A stretch of DNA of 64,000 bases from an uncultured Prochlorococcus sp. (lineage in GTDB: Bacteria > Cyanobacteriota > Cyanobacteriia > PCC-6307 > Cyanobiaceae): positions 20,495 through 84,494 of the forward strand of contig CACEFS010000001.1 of assembly GCA_902558895.1 (NCBI GenBank), read 5' to 3'. The position numbers and the translations under genes are program-made. A model generated the notes under the pieces. That model was given only the letters and a program-made list of their open reading frames with translations. It did no database searches and had not been told where the DNA came from. Positions 9,869 to 22,236 of the stretch are shown here, piece by piece; positions within the stretch are counted from its first letter, which is position 1, and each line of letters begins with the position of its first letter.

Positions 9869-11656
9869 TTGATCAAGGTAGAGAAAGTAAAAAAGAAAAA
9901 AGATTCCACAAAGCAAGAAATTGTTTGTTTGGCAAACGGACTAGAAGTTTCTAAATTTGAAAATTTTAAAAAAAGTAGCCAATTTCTTAAAGAACCACTT
10001 GCTACGGAATTGATCAATGAGAGCGATCATTTTACCAATGATGCAGTTCAGTTATTAAAATTTCATGGTAGTTATCAACAAGATAACAGGGAAAATAGAA
10101 GGCCTGGCAAAAGTAAAGATTGGCAAATGATGCTTAGGTTAAGAAATCCGGGTGGTGAAGTCCCTGGGAAATTATTTTTAGCATTAGATGAATTATCTGA
10201 CAAACTAGGTAATGGAACACTTAGAGCCACTACAAGACAAGCCTTTCAAATGCATGGAATTAGAAAGGAAAACCTTAAGAAAGTAATTCAAACAATAGTG
10301 AATTCAATGGGCTCCACATTAGCTGCATGTGGAGACATAAATAGAAACGTTATGGCCCCTGCGGCTCCATTTGATTCGCCAGAATATAATAATGCAAGAG
10401 CATTGGCAAAAAAAGTTGCAGATCTTCTCACCCCAATGGCTGGCCAAGGAACTTTTTTAGAGCTTTGGGCTGATGGAGATTTAGAATACACTATAAAGCC
10501 TGACAAAGATATTAAAGCAATTAGGAAGCTCCAATTCAAAGACAATGTTTATAGTGGGATAAAAGATGAGCCTCTCTATGGTTCAACTTATTTACCGAGA
10601 AAATTCAAATGTGCTGTTACAGTTCCTGGGGACAATTCAGTTGATCTTCTTACCAATGACATAGGAATAGTTGCCTTTACCTCTAAAGATGGAAACTTAA
10701 AAGGGTGCAACTTCTATGTTGGAGGTGGTATGGGTCGCACACATAATAATGAAGAGACTTTTGCCAGAATCGCAGATCCACTTGGATATGTTGATGAACC
10801 TGAAGTTTATGAATTGATACAAAGCATTGTGGCTATTCAAAGAGATTATGGTGACAGAAAAGCAAGAAAAAATTCGAGAATGAAATATCTTCTCCATAGA
10901 AAAGGTATTAAATGGTTCAAAAAGATACTTTCTGATAAGTATTTCAAAAAAGAAATTAAAAAAATCAGAAAAGAACCTGATAAAGTTCTTATTGATTACC
11001 TAGGTTGGCATAAACAAAATAAAACCTCCTATTTCGTAGGTTTACCATTGTTATCAGGAAGATTATCTGGAGATAAGAAGAATACCATCACAAGTATTGT
11101 TAAAAAATATAAATTAGACTTAAGACTCACACCTAATCAAGATATTTTACTTTGTAATATCGCTAATAAAAACAAAGGTGAGATTCAAAAATCTCTATCA
11201 AAAATTGGATACGAAAATTTAGAAAACATTAATGAAATACAAAGACACGCTTTAGCTTGTCCCGCTTTACCACTTTGTGGTCTTGCAATGACTGAAGCTG
11301 AAAGAATATTACCTGATGTATTAAAAAGGATTGAAAATTTACTATTAGATCAAAAAATAAAAAAAACAATATTATTCAGGATGACAGGATGTCCGAATGG
11401 ATGTACCAGGCCTTATATGGCCGAATTAGCACTTGTTGGTAGTGGGCAAAACAAATACCAATTATGGTTGGGGGGAAGTAAAAATCTACAGAGGCTTGCT
11501 AAACCATTTTTACAAAGAATGGAACTTAACGATTTAGAAAAAACTCTTCAACCATTATTTGATAATTGGAAGAGTAATTTAGATTTGGATTTCGGAGATT
11601 TTATAAATACTCAAGATGAAAATTATATATTAGATTTACTAAATAAAAATCAATAG
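9869..11656 (+). CDS. sir: Ferredoxin-sulfite reductase
   Basis: KFHGSYQQDNR, AACGDINRN and YLPRKFK; siroheme/4Fe-4S cysteines CPALPLCGLA and GCPNGC. Confidence 0.95.
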   Translation: MIKVEKVKKKKDSTKQEIVCLANGLEVSKFENFKKSSQFLKEPLATELINESDHFTNDAVQLLKFHGSYQQDNRENRRPGKSKDWQMMLRLRNPGGEVPGKLFLALDELSDKLGNGTLRATTRQAFQMHGIRKENLKKVIQTIVNSMGSTLAACGDINRNVMAPAAPFDSPEYNNARALAKKVADLLTPMAGQGTFLELWADGDLEYTIKPDKDIKAIRKLQFKDNVYSGIKDEPLYGSTYLPRKFKCAVTVPGDNSVDLLTNDIGIVAFTSKDGNLKGCNFYVGGGMGRTHNNEETFARIADPLGYVDEPEVYELIQSIVAIQRDYGDRKARKNSRMKYLLHRKGIKWFKKILSDKYFKKEIKKIRKEPDKVLIDYLGWHKQNKTSYFVGLPLLSGRLSGDKKNTITSIVKKYKLDLRLTPNQDILLCNIANKNKGEIQKSLSKIGYENLENINEIQRHALACPALPLCGLAMTEAERILPDVLKRIENLLLDQKIKKTILFRMTGCPNGCTRPYMAELALVGSGQNKYQLWLGGSKNLQRLAKPFLQRMELNDLEKTLQPLFDNWKSNLDLDFGDFINTQDENYILDLLNKNQ

Positions 11657-11659
11657 AAT

Positions 11660-12343
11660 TTAAATTTTTCCATAAAGGGCATTTACTTTTTTATTTTTCC
11701 AAGCCCATAATTGATCTCCATAACTAAAATGCCACCATTCATTAGGATGTTGAGCAAATCCGAATTTAGTCATAATTTCCCTTAATAAATTTCTTCTACC
11801 ATTCCAAATAATTGCTTCTGCATTCTTTATGTTTGCATAAAAAAAAGGATTTGAGGTCTCATCCATTTGATCAACCATACTTCCCATTTCAACAAGATTT
11901 CCTTCTTTATCTGATAAACAAACATCCAATGCCCCTCCAGTTGAATGAGGGGGAGGAAATCTAGTGTCATAGGAAGGATATGCCCAAAATTTTTCAACTT
12001 TTTTTAAAATCGATGGATAAGATTTTATATTTTCAAAAGAAATATCAATATCGGATTTTTCACACTCTAGTAAAAATGCTCTTTTAAACATAAATTCCTG
12101 AACTTCTAAAGGTCGCCAACTGTCATAAATTAAAAGATTAAAACTACTTTTTGATATCAAATAATCATTTACTTTTACTAATCTATTTACAACCTCCTCT
12201 CTTAATTTCCAAATAGAAGTTTTATCTTTGTAAGGCGCTCCTAAATGAAAGTAAGGGTGAGGATCTAAAAACTTTAAGCAGCTAGGTATAGCTATTAATT
12301 TATCTCCATTATCTTTAATTGGTATTTTATTCCAAATTTTCAA
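11660..12343 (-). CDS. M15D (VanX/DdpX-like) D-Ala-D-Ala dipeptidase
   Basis: YDSWRP, PPHSTGGALD and EWWHFSYGD motifs. Confidence 0.88.
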   Translation of the reverse strand: MKIWNKIPIKDNGDKLIAIPSCLKFLDPHPYFHLGAPYKDKTSIWKLREEVVNRLVKVNDYLISKSSFNLLIYDSWRPLEVQEFMFKRAFLLECEKSDIDISFENIKSYPSILKKVEKFWAYPSYDTRFPPPHSTGGALDVCLSDKEGNLVEMGSMVDQMDETSNPFFYANIKNAEAIIWNGRRNLLREIMTKFGFAQHPNEWWHFSYGDQLWAWKNKKVNALYGKI

Positions 12344-12400
12344 TTGAAATTTGCAATTGATTTATAGTGGCATATATATCAAAAATAACAATGATAGTTT

Positions 12401-14881
12401 TCAATTTAAGAAATCATGAATGAATTTATTATCAGAATTATCAATAAGTATATTCCTTAAAAAAATATTTTCTTTTAAATCAGGATCATCACTAACAATC
12501 TTAATAGCCTCTTCACGAGCCTTATCAATAAGAAATTTATTGTTAGGTAAATTGTCCAGTACAAAATCAGGCAATCCGGATTGTCTATAACCTAAAATCT
12601 GGCCTGGTCCTCTAAGCTCCAAGTCTTTTTCGGCAATATAGAAGCCATCATTAGATTTTTGCAAAACACAAAGTCGTTTATTTTCTAATCCATTTTTATC
12701 GGGAGTTACCAGATAACAAAAAGATTTTGTTGATCCTCTACCAACTCTCCCCCTTAATTGATGTAGCTGGGATAATCCAAATCTGTCCGAATTATAAATA
12801 ATCATAATTGTGGCGTTAGGCACATCAATGCCAACCTCAATTACTGTGGTTGAAACCAATATATTAATTTCATTCTTTAAAAAAGAATTAATTACTTCAT
12901 TCTTTTCTTGTGAACTTAATTTACCATGTAATAATCCAACTTTTTTGTTAAAAAAGACCTCTTCTGATAAATATTTGAATGTTTTCTTTGCGGAGCTTAA
13001 ATTCATTTTTTCAGAATCTTCTATAAGTGGCAAAATCACATAAGCTTGCTTTCCCTTAATGATCTCTTCTTCAACAATCTTGAACAAGGAAGTTAAATCA
13101 TCTTCTGAAATTATTTTTGTTGTTATGGGAACTCTCCCAGGAGGGAGTTCAGTAATTTGACTCACATCTAAATCACCATAAATAGAAAGCGCAAGAGTTC
13201 TTGGAATTGGTGTTGCTGTCATTGATAACAAGTTAGTATTTTCTCCTTTATTTAGTAATCTATTTCTTTGAGTAACTCCAAATCTATGTTGTTCATCAAT
13301 TACGACCATCCCTAATGCATTAAAGATGACTTTATCCTCAAATAAAGCATGAGTTCCTACTAGGATATCGACTAATCCATTTCTCAAATTAGAGAAAATT
13401 TCTTTTCTCTTTTTTTGAGGGGTATTCCCAGTAAGTAGTTCAACAGAAACAAAAAGGGGGTTCAAATATTTTAATAAATTTTTATAATGCTGTTCTGCCA
13501 ATACCTCAGTTGGGACCATAAATGCACCTTGCAGGTTTTTTTCAATGACAAGTAAAAGAGAAGCTATTGCAATTATGGTTTTACCGCTTCCCACATCTCC
13601 CTGAAGCAATCTAGACATTGGTACGGGATTAGATAAATCTTTCTTAATTTCATTTAAAACATTTTCTTGAGATTTTGTTAATTCAAAAGGAAAAGTATTT
13701 AAAAATTCTTTTAATAAAGATTTCTTTTGAGGTAATTGTTGGGAAGTTACATTTTTATTAGTCTTTCTTTTTCTAAGTAGGAACTTTATTTGCAGTAGGA
13801 ATAACTCATCAAATACCAAACGTTTTTTTGACTCAATAAGTGCCTGTTGAGTTGGTGGAAAATGAATATTAATCAACGACTCTCTTTTTGATAATAAAGA
13901 TAATGAATCAAGTTGCTTTTTAGTTAAAATTTCTGGATATTGCTTTGCATAAATTAGTACCTTTTTCATAAGTTTTATAAAACTCATATTTGTTAATGCT
14001 TCACTTAATGAATACAAGGGTAATATCTTACCTGAGAAATTAAAATTATCTTTTTTATCCTTAAGAATTTCAATCTGCGGATCTACAAAAGTTTTGCCAT
14101 ACTCAGTCAATTTAACCTTACCGGAAATTGCTAATTTTGTTCCGGGAGTATACAAAGATTTTTGAGATGTGAAGAAGGAGTAAGATCTAAATCTTCTTCC
14201 TAAAAAAAATTTTGTGACCTTTATTGAAGACGTTTCATCAAAAACTACAAAATTCATTATTGATAAATTACTATTTTTCTTACTCTTATGAATATAAAAT
14301 CTTTTAACGTTTACGATGCACGTGTATAAATTATCTGGTTTTAAATTTATTATTTTAACCCTATTTGTATAGTCTAGATATGTCCGTGGGAAATAATTAA
14401 TGAGATCTTTTATATGAAATATCCCTAACTCATTAAGATTATTTTTATAAACTTTTCCTACATTTTTTATTAATGAAATATCTGAATCAAAAGACAAACT
14501 TGAATCAGCTTTATTAAGAAAAACATTATTAGAAATATTATTGTAATTTTCTATTTCTAAAGTTTTACCTAGTCTATAAAGATTTTTTCTTGTATCTATA
14601 ATTAACCTTTTTCTTTGATTTTCATCTAATTTATTATAATCATTATATTTTTTTGAATATTCATTAAATATCCTTAAATATTCGTCTGAGAGATTTAGAT
14701 TATCTAATCTTTGCAATGATTCATGCAAATAATCACTAAAGTATTTTTCTCTTCCTAAGGTATTAATAAATTTATTTTCAGTTTCAATAGTAAGAGATTT
14801 TTGAAGGGGTCTTATCCAATCTTTAATTAATTTATTATTATTCCCGCTAATAGTCACATTTGAAAATAAGTTATTTTTCAA
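12401..14881 (-). CDS. recG: ATP-dependent DNA helicase RecG
   Basis: QGDVGSGKT, DEQHRFG, TATPIPRTL, QLRGRVGRG and DLELRGPG motifs. Confidence 0.97.
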   Translation of the reverse strand: MKNNLFSNVTISGNNNKLIKDWIRPLQKSLTIETENKFINTLGREKYFSDYLHESLQRLDNLNLSDEYLRIFNEYSKKYNDYNKLDENQRKRLIIDTRKNLYRLGKTLEIENYNNISNNVFLNKADSSLSFDSDISLIKNVGKVYKNNLNELGIFHIKDLINYFPRTYLDYTNRVKIINLKPDNLYTCIVNVKRFYIHKSKKNSNLSIMNFVVFDETSSIKVTKFFLGRRFRSYSFFTSQKSLYTPGTKLAISGKVKLTEYGKTFVDPQIEILKDKKDNFNFSGKILPLYSLSEALTNMSFIKLMKKVLIYAKQYPEILTKKQLDSLSLLSKRESLINIHFPPTQQALIESKKRLVFDELFLLQIKFLLRKRKTNKNVTSQQLPQKKSLLKEFLNTFPFELTKSQENVLNEIKKDLSNPVPMSRLLQGDVGSGKTIIAIASLLLVIEKNLQGAFMVPTEVLAEQHYKNLLKYLNPLFVSVELLTGNTPQKKRKEIFSNLRNGLVDILVGTHALFEDKVIFNALGMVVIDEQHRFGVTQRNRLLNKGENTNLLSMTATPIPRTLALSIYGDLDVSQITELPPGRVPITTKIISEDDLTSLFKIVEEEIIKGKQAYVILPLIEDSEKMNLSSAKKTFKYLSEEVFFNKKVGLLHGKLSSQEKNEVINSFLKNEINILVSTTVIEVGIDVPNATIMIIYNSDRFGLSQLHQLRGRVGRGSTKSFCYLVTPDKNGLENKRLCVLQKSNDGFYIAEKDLELRGPGQILGYRQSGLPDFVLDNLPNNKFLIDKAREEAIKIVSDDPDLKENIFLRNILIDNSDNKFIHDFLN

Positions 14882-15954
14882 CGTATCTTATTCAAAGTTA
14901 TTTCTTTTTGCCTCCAATATGTCTCTTTTTTAATCAAACGCTGAAATTGATTTTTTAGTTCATTTATTTTGCTCCTTTGAATAGAAAGATTTAAATTTTT
15001 AAACTCTAACTCAACAGTAGATACATTAAAGAAAACAATGCTTGAAAAATTTTTGTCGTTTAATGACGACCGATTTAAGTTTAATTCGAAATGAATAACA
15101 AAAGGATATGGATGTTTAATCATTAAATTTTTGCCTACTAAGTAATTAAATGAATCTTTAGATATCATCTTTTTTATTAGATTTGCCTTGTATAATTCTT
15201 GGTTAATATTATATGAGAGATTCAATAGTAAACTTTCCAATGACTTGTCTATTAAATCAAAATTATTAAGAATCTGATTTTTTGGTAAATTATCCATTTG
15301 ATTAATATTTTCTTTTTCTGGATATCTTGGGTTTTCTACCTTTTCTTCTCCAATTAATTCAATTAGGGAGGAAATAAATTTTTTTTCAACTCCTAAATTT
15401 TCAAAAAAATTGTCTTTAGATAAATAATTGTTATGGTCGTTATTATCTAAATCAAGTGATACCAATTTCTCATAATTATCAGCTTGATAATATTCAGGAG
15501 TATTTGAAAAGTATTTACTAGTCTCGAACTGAGTGGGTTCTTTTAATTGGGAAAAATGATCATATTGAAATTTTTCTTTTTGATCATTGTTTGTTTTTGT
15601 AAAACTATCAAAAATAGTAAAATTAATTTCCTTATTTATAATTTTTTCAGCTTCATTTATCTTTAATTGTTCTACTGTTATAAAGGGTAAATTCGTAAAG
15701 ATTATTTTACTTATTTTTTTTTCAAGAAGACTACAGAATTCATTTTCATTTAGGAAATTATCATTAATTTCTGGATAACTATATATTTGATTTAGACCTT
15801 TTTCTACAGAGATGAAAAGTAGATCTCTTACTAGATTAAGATAAAGTTCATATTCCCTATAGATATTTCTAGTTAATATTCTTTTTTTTATGTTAGCTCT
15901 CTCTAATTGAGAATTAATTTTATTTATATCTATGTAATTATTGAAATTATTCAA
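14878..15954 (-). CDS. Hypothetical protein (Asn/Lys-rich) between tsf and recG
   Basis: Long ORF overlapping the recG start by 4 nt. Start placed at the in-frame TTG at 15954 because the track start overlaps tsf. Confidence 0.65.
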   Translation of the reverse strand: MNNFNNYIDINKINSQLERANIKKRILTRNIYREYELYLNLVRDLLFISVEKGLNQIYSYPEINDNFLNENEFCSLLEKKISKIIFTNLPFITVEQLKINEAEKIINKEINFTIFDSFTKTNNDQKEKFQYDHFSQLKEPTQFETSKYFSNTPEYYQADNYEKLVSLDLDNNDHNNYLSKDNFFENLGVEKKFISSLIELIGEEKVENPRYPEKENINQMDNLPKNQILNNFDLIDKSLESLLLNLSYNINQELYKANLIKKMISKDSFNYLVGKNLMIKHPYPFVIHFELNLNRSSLNDKNFSSIVFFNVSTVELEFKNLNLSIQRSKINELKNQFQRLIKKETYWRQKEITLNKIR

Positions 15955-15967
15955 ATCATTTAAGTGA

Positions 15968-16624
15968 CTAGTTTGTTTGCATTGACGCAACCTCTTCAGC
16001 GAAGTCCATCTGATTTTTTTCGATACCTTCACCCAATGTATATCTTGTAAAACGTCTTACTTTGATATTTTCCCCAATTTTAGCTGCTGCTTGTTTAACA
16101 AGATCCTCAACTGTTAGAGAACTATCTTTAATGTAGGGTTGTGAAAGCAAAACAAGCTCATTAAGTCTTTTTGCTATTCTCCCTTCAACTATTTTTTCTT
16201 TAATTTGTTCTGGCTTTCCAGATAAATCATCCCTACCCATTTCAATCTGCTTTTCTTTTTCCACAACATCTGCAGGTATTTCATCAATTGATACATACTC
16301 AACATTTGGGCACGCTGCTACTTGCATAGAGACATCCTTCAACAGAGATTGGAATATATCACCTCTAGCAACGAAATCAGTTTCACAATTTAACTCTAGT
16401 AAAACTCCAACTCTTGATCCAGTATGTATATAACTACCAATTGACCCTTCTGCCGCTACTCTTCCAGATTTCTTTTCAGCACTCGCTATTCCTTTCTTTC
16501 TTAACCATTCCAAAGCTTTATCTAGATTTCCTTCAGTTTCGTTAAGTGCTTTTTTGCAGTCCATCATTCCTGCGCCGGTTTTGTCTCTAAGATCTTTTAC
16601 AAGTTTTGCTGTAATGTTTCCCAT
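15968..16624 (-). CDS. tsf: Elongation factor Ts
   Basis: [16 protein letters not shown] and [10 protein letters not shown] motifs. Confidence 0.98.
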   Translation of the reverse strand: MGNITAKLVKDLRDKTGAGMMDCKKALNETEGNLDKALEWLRKKGIASAEKKSGRVAAEGSIGSYIHTGSRVGVLLELNCETDFVARGDIFQSLLKDVSMQVAACPNVEYVSIDEIPADVVEKEKQIEMGRDDLSGKPEQIKEKIVEGRIAKRLNELVLLSQPYIKDSSLTVEDLVKQAAAKIGENIKVRRFTRYTLGEGIEKNQMDFAEEVASMQTN

Positions 16625-16668
16625 TTGAAGTAATAAAAAATAGTGAATAGTAAGTTTTAAATTTGAAT

Positions 16669-17373
16669 TTAATTTTTTCTTTCGGCATTAGAGCCCTTTC
16701 TACCCTCATTTATGGCATCTGCAAGTCTTCCTAAAATAAGTTGCACAGATCTAACGGCATCATCGTTACAAGGAATTGGAACTTCACACAAATCCGGATC
16801 GCAATTAGTATCCAACATTGATACTAATGAGATATCTAATTTTCTAGCTTCTAATACTGCATTAGATTCTCTTCTCTGATCAACCAATACAACTACATCT
16901 GGTAATCTTCTCATACCCTTAAGTCCACCTAAATATTTTTGTAATCTTTCAAGTTCTCTCCTTAATACTGCAGCTTCTTTTTTAGGCCTCATTGCTATTG
17001 AACCACTACTTTCCATTCTTTCTAGATCCTTCAATCTTTCAATCCTAGCTTTCATTGTTGTCCAATTAGTCAACATCCCTCCAAGCCATCTTTGATTTAC
17101 ATACGCAGCTCCACAGCGTGTAGCTTCCTGAGCTACTACATCTGATGCTTGTTTTTTTGTACCGACAAATAGAAAACGTTTACCGCTTTTTGCAGCGTTT
17201 CTCGTCCATTTATATGCATTGTTCATACACAATGCTGTTTTTACAAGATCAATTATATGAACGCCATTTCTCGCGCAATATATATACTTAGACATCTTGG
17301 GATTCCAACGTCTAGTTTGATGCCCAAAGTGAGCACCAGCTTCCATCATTTCAGATAGTGATACAACAGCCAT
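16669..17373 (-). CDS. rpsB: 30S ribosomal protein S2
   Basis: [25 protein letters not shown] and DTNCDPD motifs. Confidence 0.98.
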   Translation of the reverse strand: MAVVSLSEMMEAGAHFGHQTRRWNPKMSKYIYCARNGVHIIDLVKTALCMNNAYKWTRNAAKSGKRFLFVGTKKQASDVVAQEATRCGAAYVNQRWLGGMLTNWTTMKARIERLKDLERMESSGSIAMRPKKEAAVLRRELERLQKYLGGLKGMRRLPDVVVLVDQRRESNAVLEARKLDISLVSMLDTNCDPDLCEVPIPCNDDAVRSVQLILGRLADAINEGRKGSNAERKN

Positions 17374-17382
17374 AATTTAAAA

Positions 17383-17452
17383 GGGTTTCGGGTTAGCCTC
17401 CATCTGATGGGGAATTAATATTAAAAATTCACCCGAAACTATCAGATGTGTG
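17383..17452 (-). ncRNA. t44-type rpsB leader RNA (S2 autoregulatory 5' UTR)
   Basis: Minus strand reads CACACATCTGAT...GTTTCGGGT...ATCAGATGGAGGCTAACCCGAAAC. Complementary pairs CATCTGAT/ATCAGATG and GTTTCGGGT/ACCCGAAAC, with the GGAGGC.TAACCC pattern directly upstream of rpsB. Confidence 0.8.
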
Positions 17453-17501
17453 AAATTTATTTCCTTCATTTTAGCAAGTGATGTGTATTTCTAAAAGTTT
17501 T

Positions 17502-18413
17502 TTACCTTGATTTGGTTAATTGTTTAATGTAAATCATATTTAGAGGGATCCTAAGTATCTCAAGTGCAAGTCTATTTCTTCTTATATTCACTAGGAATTT
17601 TAATAAAGGGAGGATTCTATCAACACTGATTAATCCTCCTAAGCAAAGAATTTGCCAAAGTAAATTATGGAAAGGAGTTAATTGAATCATAAATCTAACC
17701 CTTAAATTTTGGTGTTTCTTATAAAACACTAAAGCCATTTTTGCTCTCTCTTTTTCTTGAGATATTAATGAATCTATTTGTTCGCAATTAAATGGCGGAT
17801 GCCAGTGAAAACCAACTGCATTGGGGCATTTAATTAATTTTGTCCCAATTTTTTTTAATCTTTCTCCAAGTTCTAAATCCTCCCAACCGTAAAGACTAAA
17901 AGAAGAATCAAATAATCCCACACTTAAAATCAATTCTTTTGATATCGCTACATTTCCAGTAGCAAAGTATGCAAAAGAAGTGTCCATTATTTTATGTTTC
18001 TCACTCTGAGGATTTTGAAAATTAGATGTATTGACTACCGAGCCATAGGTAAAACATTTTTTATCATTTTTTCTCCAAGAGTCAAGTAATTTTTCTACGT
18101 GGCAATTTATAAAATTGTCTAAAACAATAAGATCACTATCAATGAATATAATAATTTCATATTTTGATTTAATTACTCCTAGGTTTCTTCCAAGTGCAGG
18201 CCCTCCATGTTCTTGCTGGAATAGAATAACGTGTGGGAGATTAGCTTTATTTTTAATTATCCATGAGGTTGTTCCATCAGTTGATCCATCATCAACTACT
18301 ACTATTTCATAATTACTGATATTTGTATTTAATTTTTGATTCTCAAGCGCAAATAGACATTTCTCTAATATAGGTAATCTATTGTAAGTCGGTATAACAA
18401 TACTTACATTCAT
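17502..18413 (-). CDS. Family 2 glycosyltransferase
   Basis: SIVIPTYNR, VVDDGSTD, FIDSD and YGWEDLELG motifs. Confidence 0.92.
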   Translation of the reverse strand: MNVSIVIPTYNRLPILEKCLFALENQKLNTNISNYEIVVVDDGSTDGTTSWIIKNKANLPHVILFQQEHGGPALGRNLGVIKSKYEIIIFIDSDLIVLDNFINCHVEKLLDSWRKNDKKCFTYGSVVNTSNFQNPQSEKHKIMDTSFAYFATGNVAISKELILSVGLFDSSFSLYGWEDLELGERLKKIGTKLIKCPNAVGFHWHPPFNCEQIDSLISQEKERAKMALVFYKKHQNLRVRFMIQLTPFHNLLWQILCLGGLISVDRILPLLKFLVNIRRNRLALEILRIPLNMIYIKQLTKSR

Positions 18414-18473
18414 GATTATGTCTTAAATATGCATAATATATAAAATCCTAAAGTTAAAAATAAAAGATATTCC

Positions 18474-18623
18474 CTAATCGGCTGCACCGCCATTATTTGC
18501 TGTACCAGCAACGTTACCACCATCAGGTCTTCCATCAGTTCTTAATTTCCTTTTTTTGAATTTTCTAGCATAGGCTCTATTACGTTCCTGCTTTTCTTTT
18601 TTTAGATTCCTTCTCTTAGACAT
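18474..18623 (-). CDS. 49-aa highly basic protein (candidate RNA/ribosome-binding)
   Basis: Hand translation: MSKRRNLKKEKQERNRAYARKFKKRKLRTDGRPDGGNVAGTANNGGAAD*. Lies 18 nt downstream of devA; not in the ORF track. Confidence 0.85.
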   Translation of the reverse strand: MSKRRNLKKEKQERNRAYARKFKKRKLRTDGRPDGGNVAGTANNGGAAD

Positions 18624-18641
18624 AAAATTTTTAACTTTTAA

Positions 18642-19370
18642 TTATATTAGCTCACTATGAGCACTATATATTTTACCATCTTCCATATTTAATATCCTAT
18701 CAGCCATATCAGAAATTCTTGGATCATGCGTCACCATAAGTACAGAACAATTTTGCTCTTTTGCTAGTTTCCTTAAAAGGGTTACTATTTCTCTTCCAGT
18801 GACGCTATCTAAAGCAGAAGTGGGCTCATCAGCTAATAAAAGTTTTGGGTTAGCAGATAAAGCTCGAGCTATTGCTACTCTCTGTTTCTGCCCACCAGAT
18901 AGGTCATTTGGCAATTTTTTATGATGTTCTTCTAATCCTACTGCTGACAACCAATTCCTTGCTATTTCACGTCTTTGCAAATATGTTAAGCCTTTTATTA
19001 AGTCTGAACCCATCTGGACATTTTGTTCTGCTGTTAAACATCTTAGAAGATTGTGACCTTGAAAAATCATTCCAATACTTCTTCTAAGAATCTGACGCGT
19101 TTTACTTGATGCTCCATTTAACTGATTATTTAATACAGTTAAATCTCCACTTTGACAGGTTCTTAAGGCACCAATTAAAGTTAAAAGAGTCGTTTTACCA
19201 CATCCAGAAGGTCCTTTCAAAAGAACCAACTCTCCTTTATCAATATTTAAATTAACGTCATTGAGAACTTGTTTTTTATTTTCATTTTTTCCATAAAAGT
19301 GACTCAAATTATTTATTGAGACTGTTTTAATGTTTTTAACATTATTTTTTGATTTATTAGCTTTAACCAT
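18642..19370 (-). CDS. devA: DevA-family ABC exporter ATPase
   Basis: GPSGCGKTT, LSGGQKQRVAIARAL and LADEPT motifs; third gene of devBCA. Confidence 0.88.
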   Translation of the reverse strand: MVKANKSKNNVKNIKTVSINNLSHFYGKNENKKQVLNDVNLNIDKGELVLLKGPSGCGKTTLLTLIGALRTCQSGDLTVLNNQLNGASSKTRQILRRSIGMIFQGHNLLRCLTAEQNVQMGSDLIKGLTYLQRREIARNWLSAVGLEEHHKKLPNDLSGGQKQRVAIARALSANPKLLLADEPTSALDSVTGREIVTLLRKLAKEQNCSVLMVTHDPRISDMADRILNMEDGKIYSAHSELI

Positions 19371-19383
19371 ACATTTTCAATTG

Positions 19384-20555
19384 TTAAAAAATTTCGGCAG
19401 GATCAGCGTCAACTAATTTCCGCATTGCAACAGCGGCGGACCCCATACACATAACTAAAACTAATACGAAAATTAAAATAGTTTTATCTGCATCCATTAT
19501 TATTGGGAGTTTAGTAGAATTTCTTATAACTGAATAAAGTATTTGACCAGAGAAATAAGCAGGTAAATAACCAAACAATGCCAACAAAAACCCCTCTCTA
19601 GCTACGACAAAGAAAAGGGACTTAAGTCTGTAACCCATTGCCAATAAAGTGGCGTACTCTGGTAGGTGATCTGTAACGTCACTATAAAGAATTTGATAAA
19701 CCACCACACACCCTACAACAAAACCCATCAAGGCGCCCAAACTAAATATAAAACCTATTGCAGTACTATTTTTCCAATAATTCTTTTCAAATTCTATAAA
19801 TTGTTTTTTTGAAAGAACCCTAACATCATTTGGGAGTGAGTTATTTAATATCCTTGAAATCAATTCAGGATCAGATCCTTTTTTTAGCTTTACCAAACCA
19901 ATTTCTATACTACCAGGAGGATTAGCAGGAAAAAGTCTTAAGAAGGTTTCTCGACTAGTTATCAAATTACCATCTGCACCAAAAGATGGTCCCAACTCCA
20001 CAAGGCCTTCAACAATTACTCTTTTTCCAGCAACCTCAGTCTCAACTTTTTTTTCAGATAAGAACCATTCTTCAATAGGGCCAAATTCAGGTCTAGATAG
20101 TTTGTCAAAAAGAACTCTTGATGGATTTCTCAATTTATAAGCTTTCTTAGAGAATCCCTCATCTAAAAGAAGTGAATCGGAGGGATTAAAACCTAATGCA
20201 AGTATTGATCTAGTCTTAAGGTTTTCGGGATTTCTCCAAAGTAAATAATTTAGATTGACTGGCGCAGTTTTTTCAACATCTTCTACCGCAAGAGTTTGAA
20301 TTAACCTTCTTTTTGGGAATCCACTCATGCTTATAGAACTTTTGGATCTGGGGCTTATCAAAACAAGATCGGCATCTAGAAGTTTATGAATAGTTACGCT
20401 CGTGTCAAATAAACCATCTCTAAAACCTAATTGCATAAACATCAAAATACCTGCAAAACTGATTCCAGCTATCGCAACTGCTAGCCTTAATGGTTGCCTA
20501 GTCAATAACAACCAAGCTAATGGTATTTTTCTAAATTTTAAAAAAGAAAAACTCA

Positions 20556-20556
<1 letters not shown>
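19384..20556 (-). CDS. devC: DevC-family ABC exporter permease
   Basis: PLAWLLL...FAGILMFMQLGFRDGL, YQILYSDV and ADPAEIF terminus. Confidence 0.9.
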
Positions 20557-22219
<1,663 letters not shown>

Positions 22220-22236
22220 TTAAAGAGAAAACCTAA

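Noticed and set aside
15955-16032. N-terminal extension of the 384-aa ORF into tsf
   Set aside because: Overlaps the tsf 3' end; the in-frame TTG at 15954 is more plausible.
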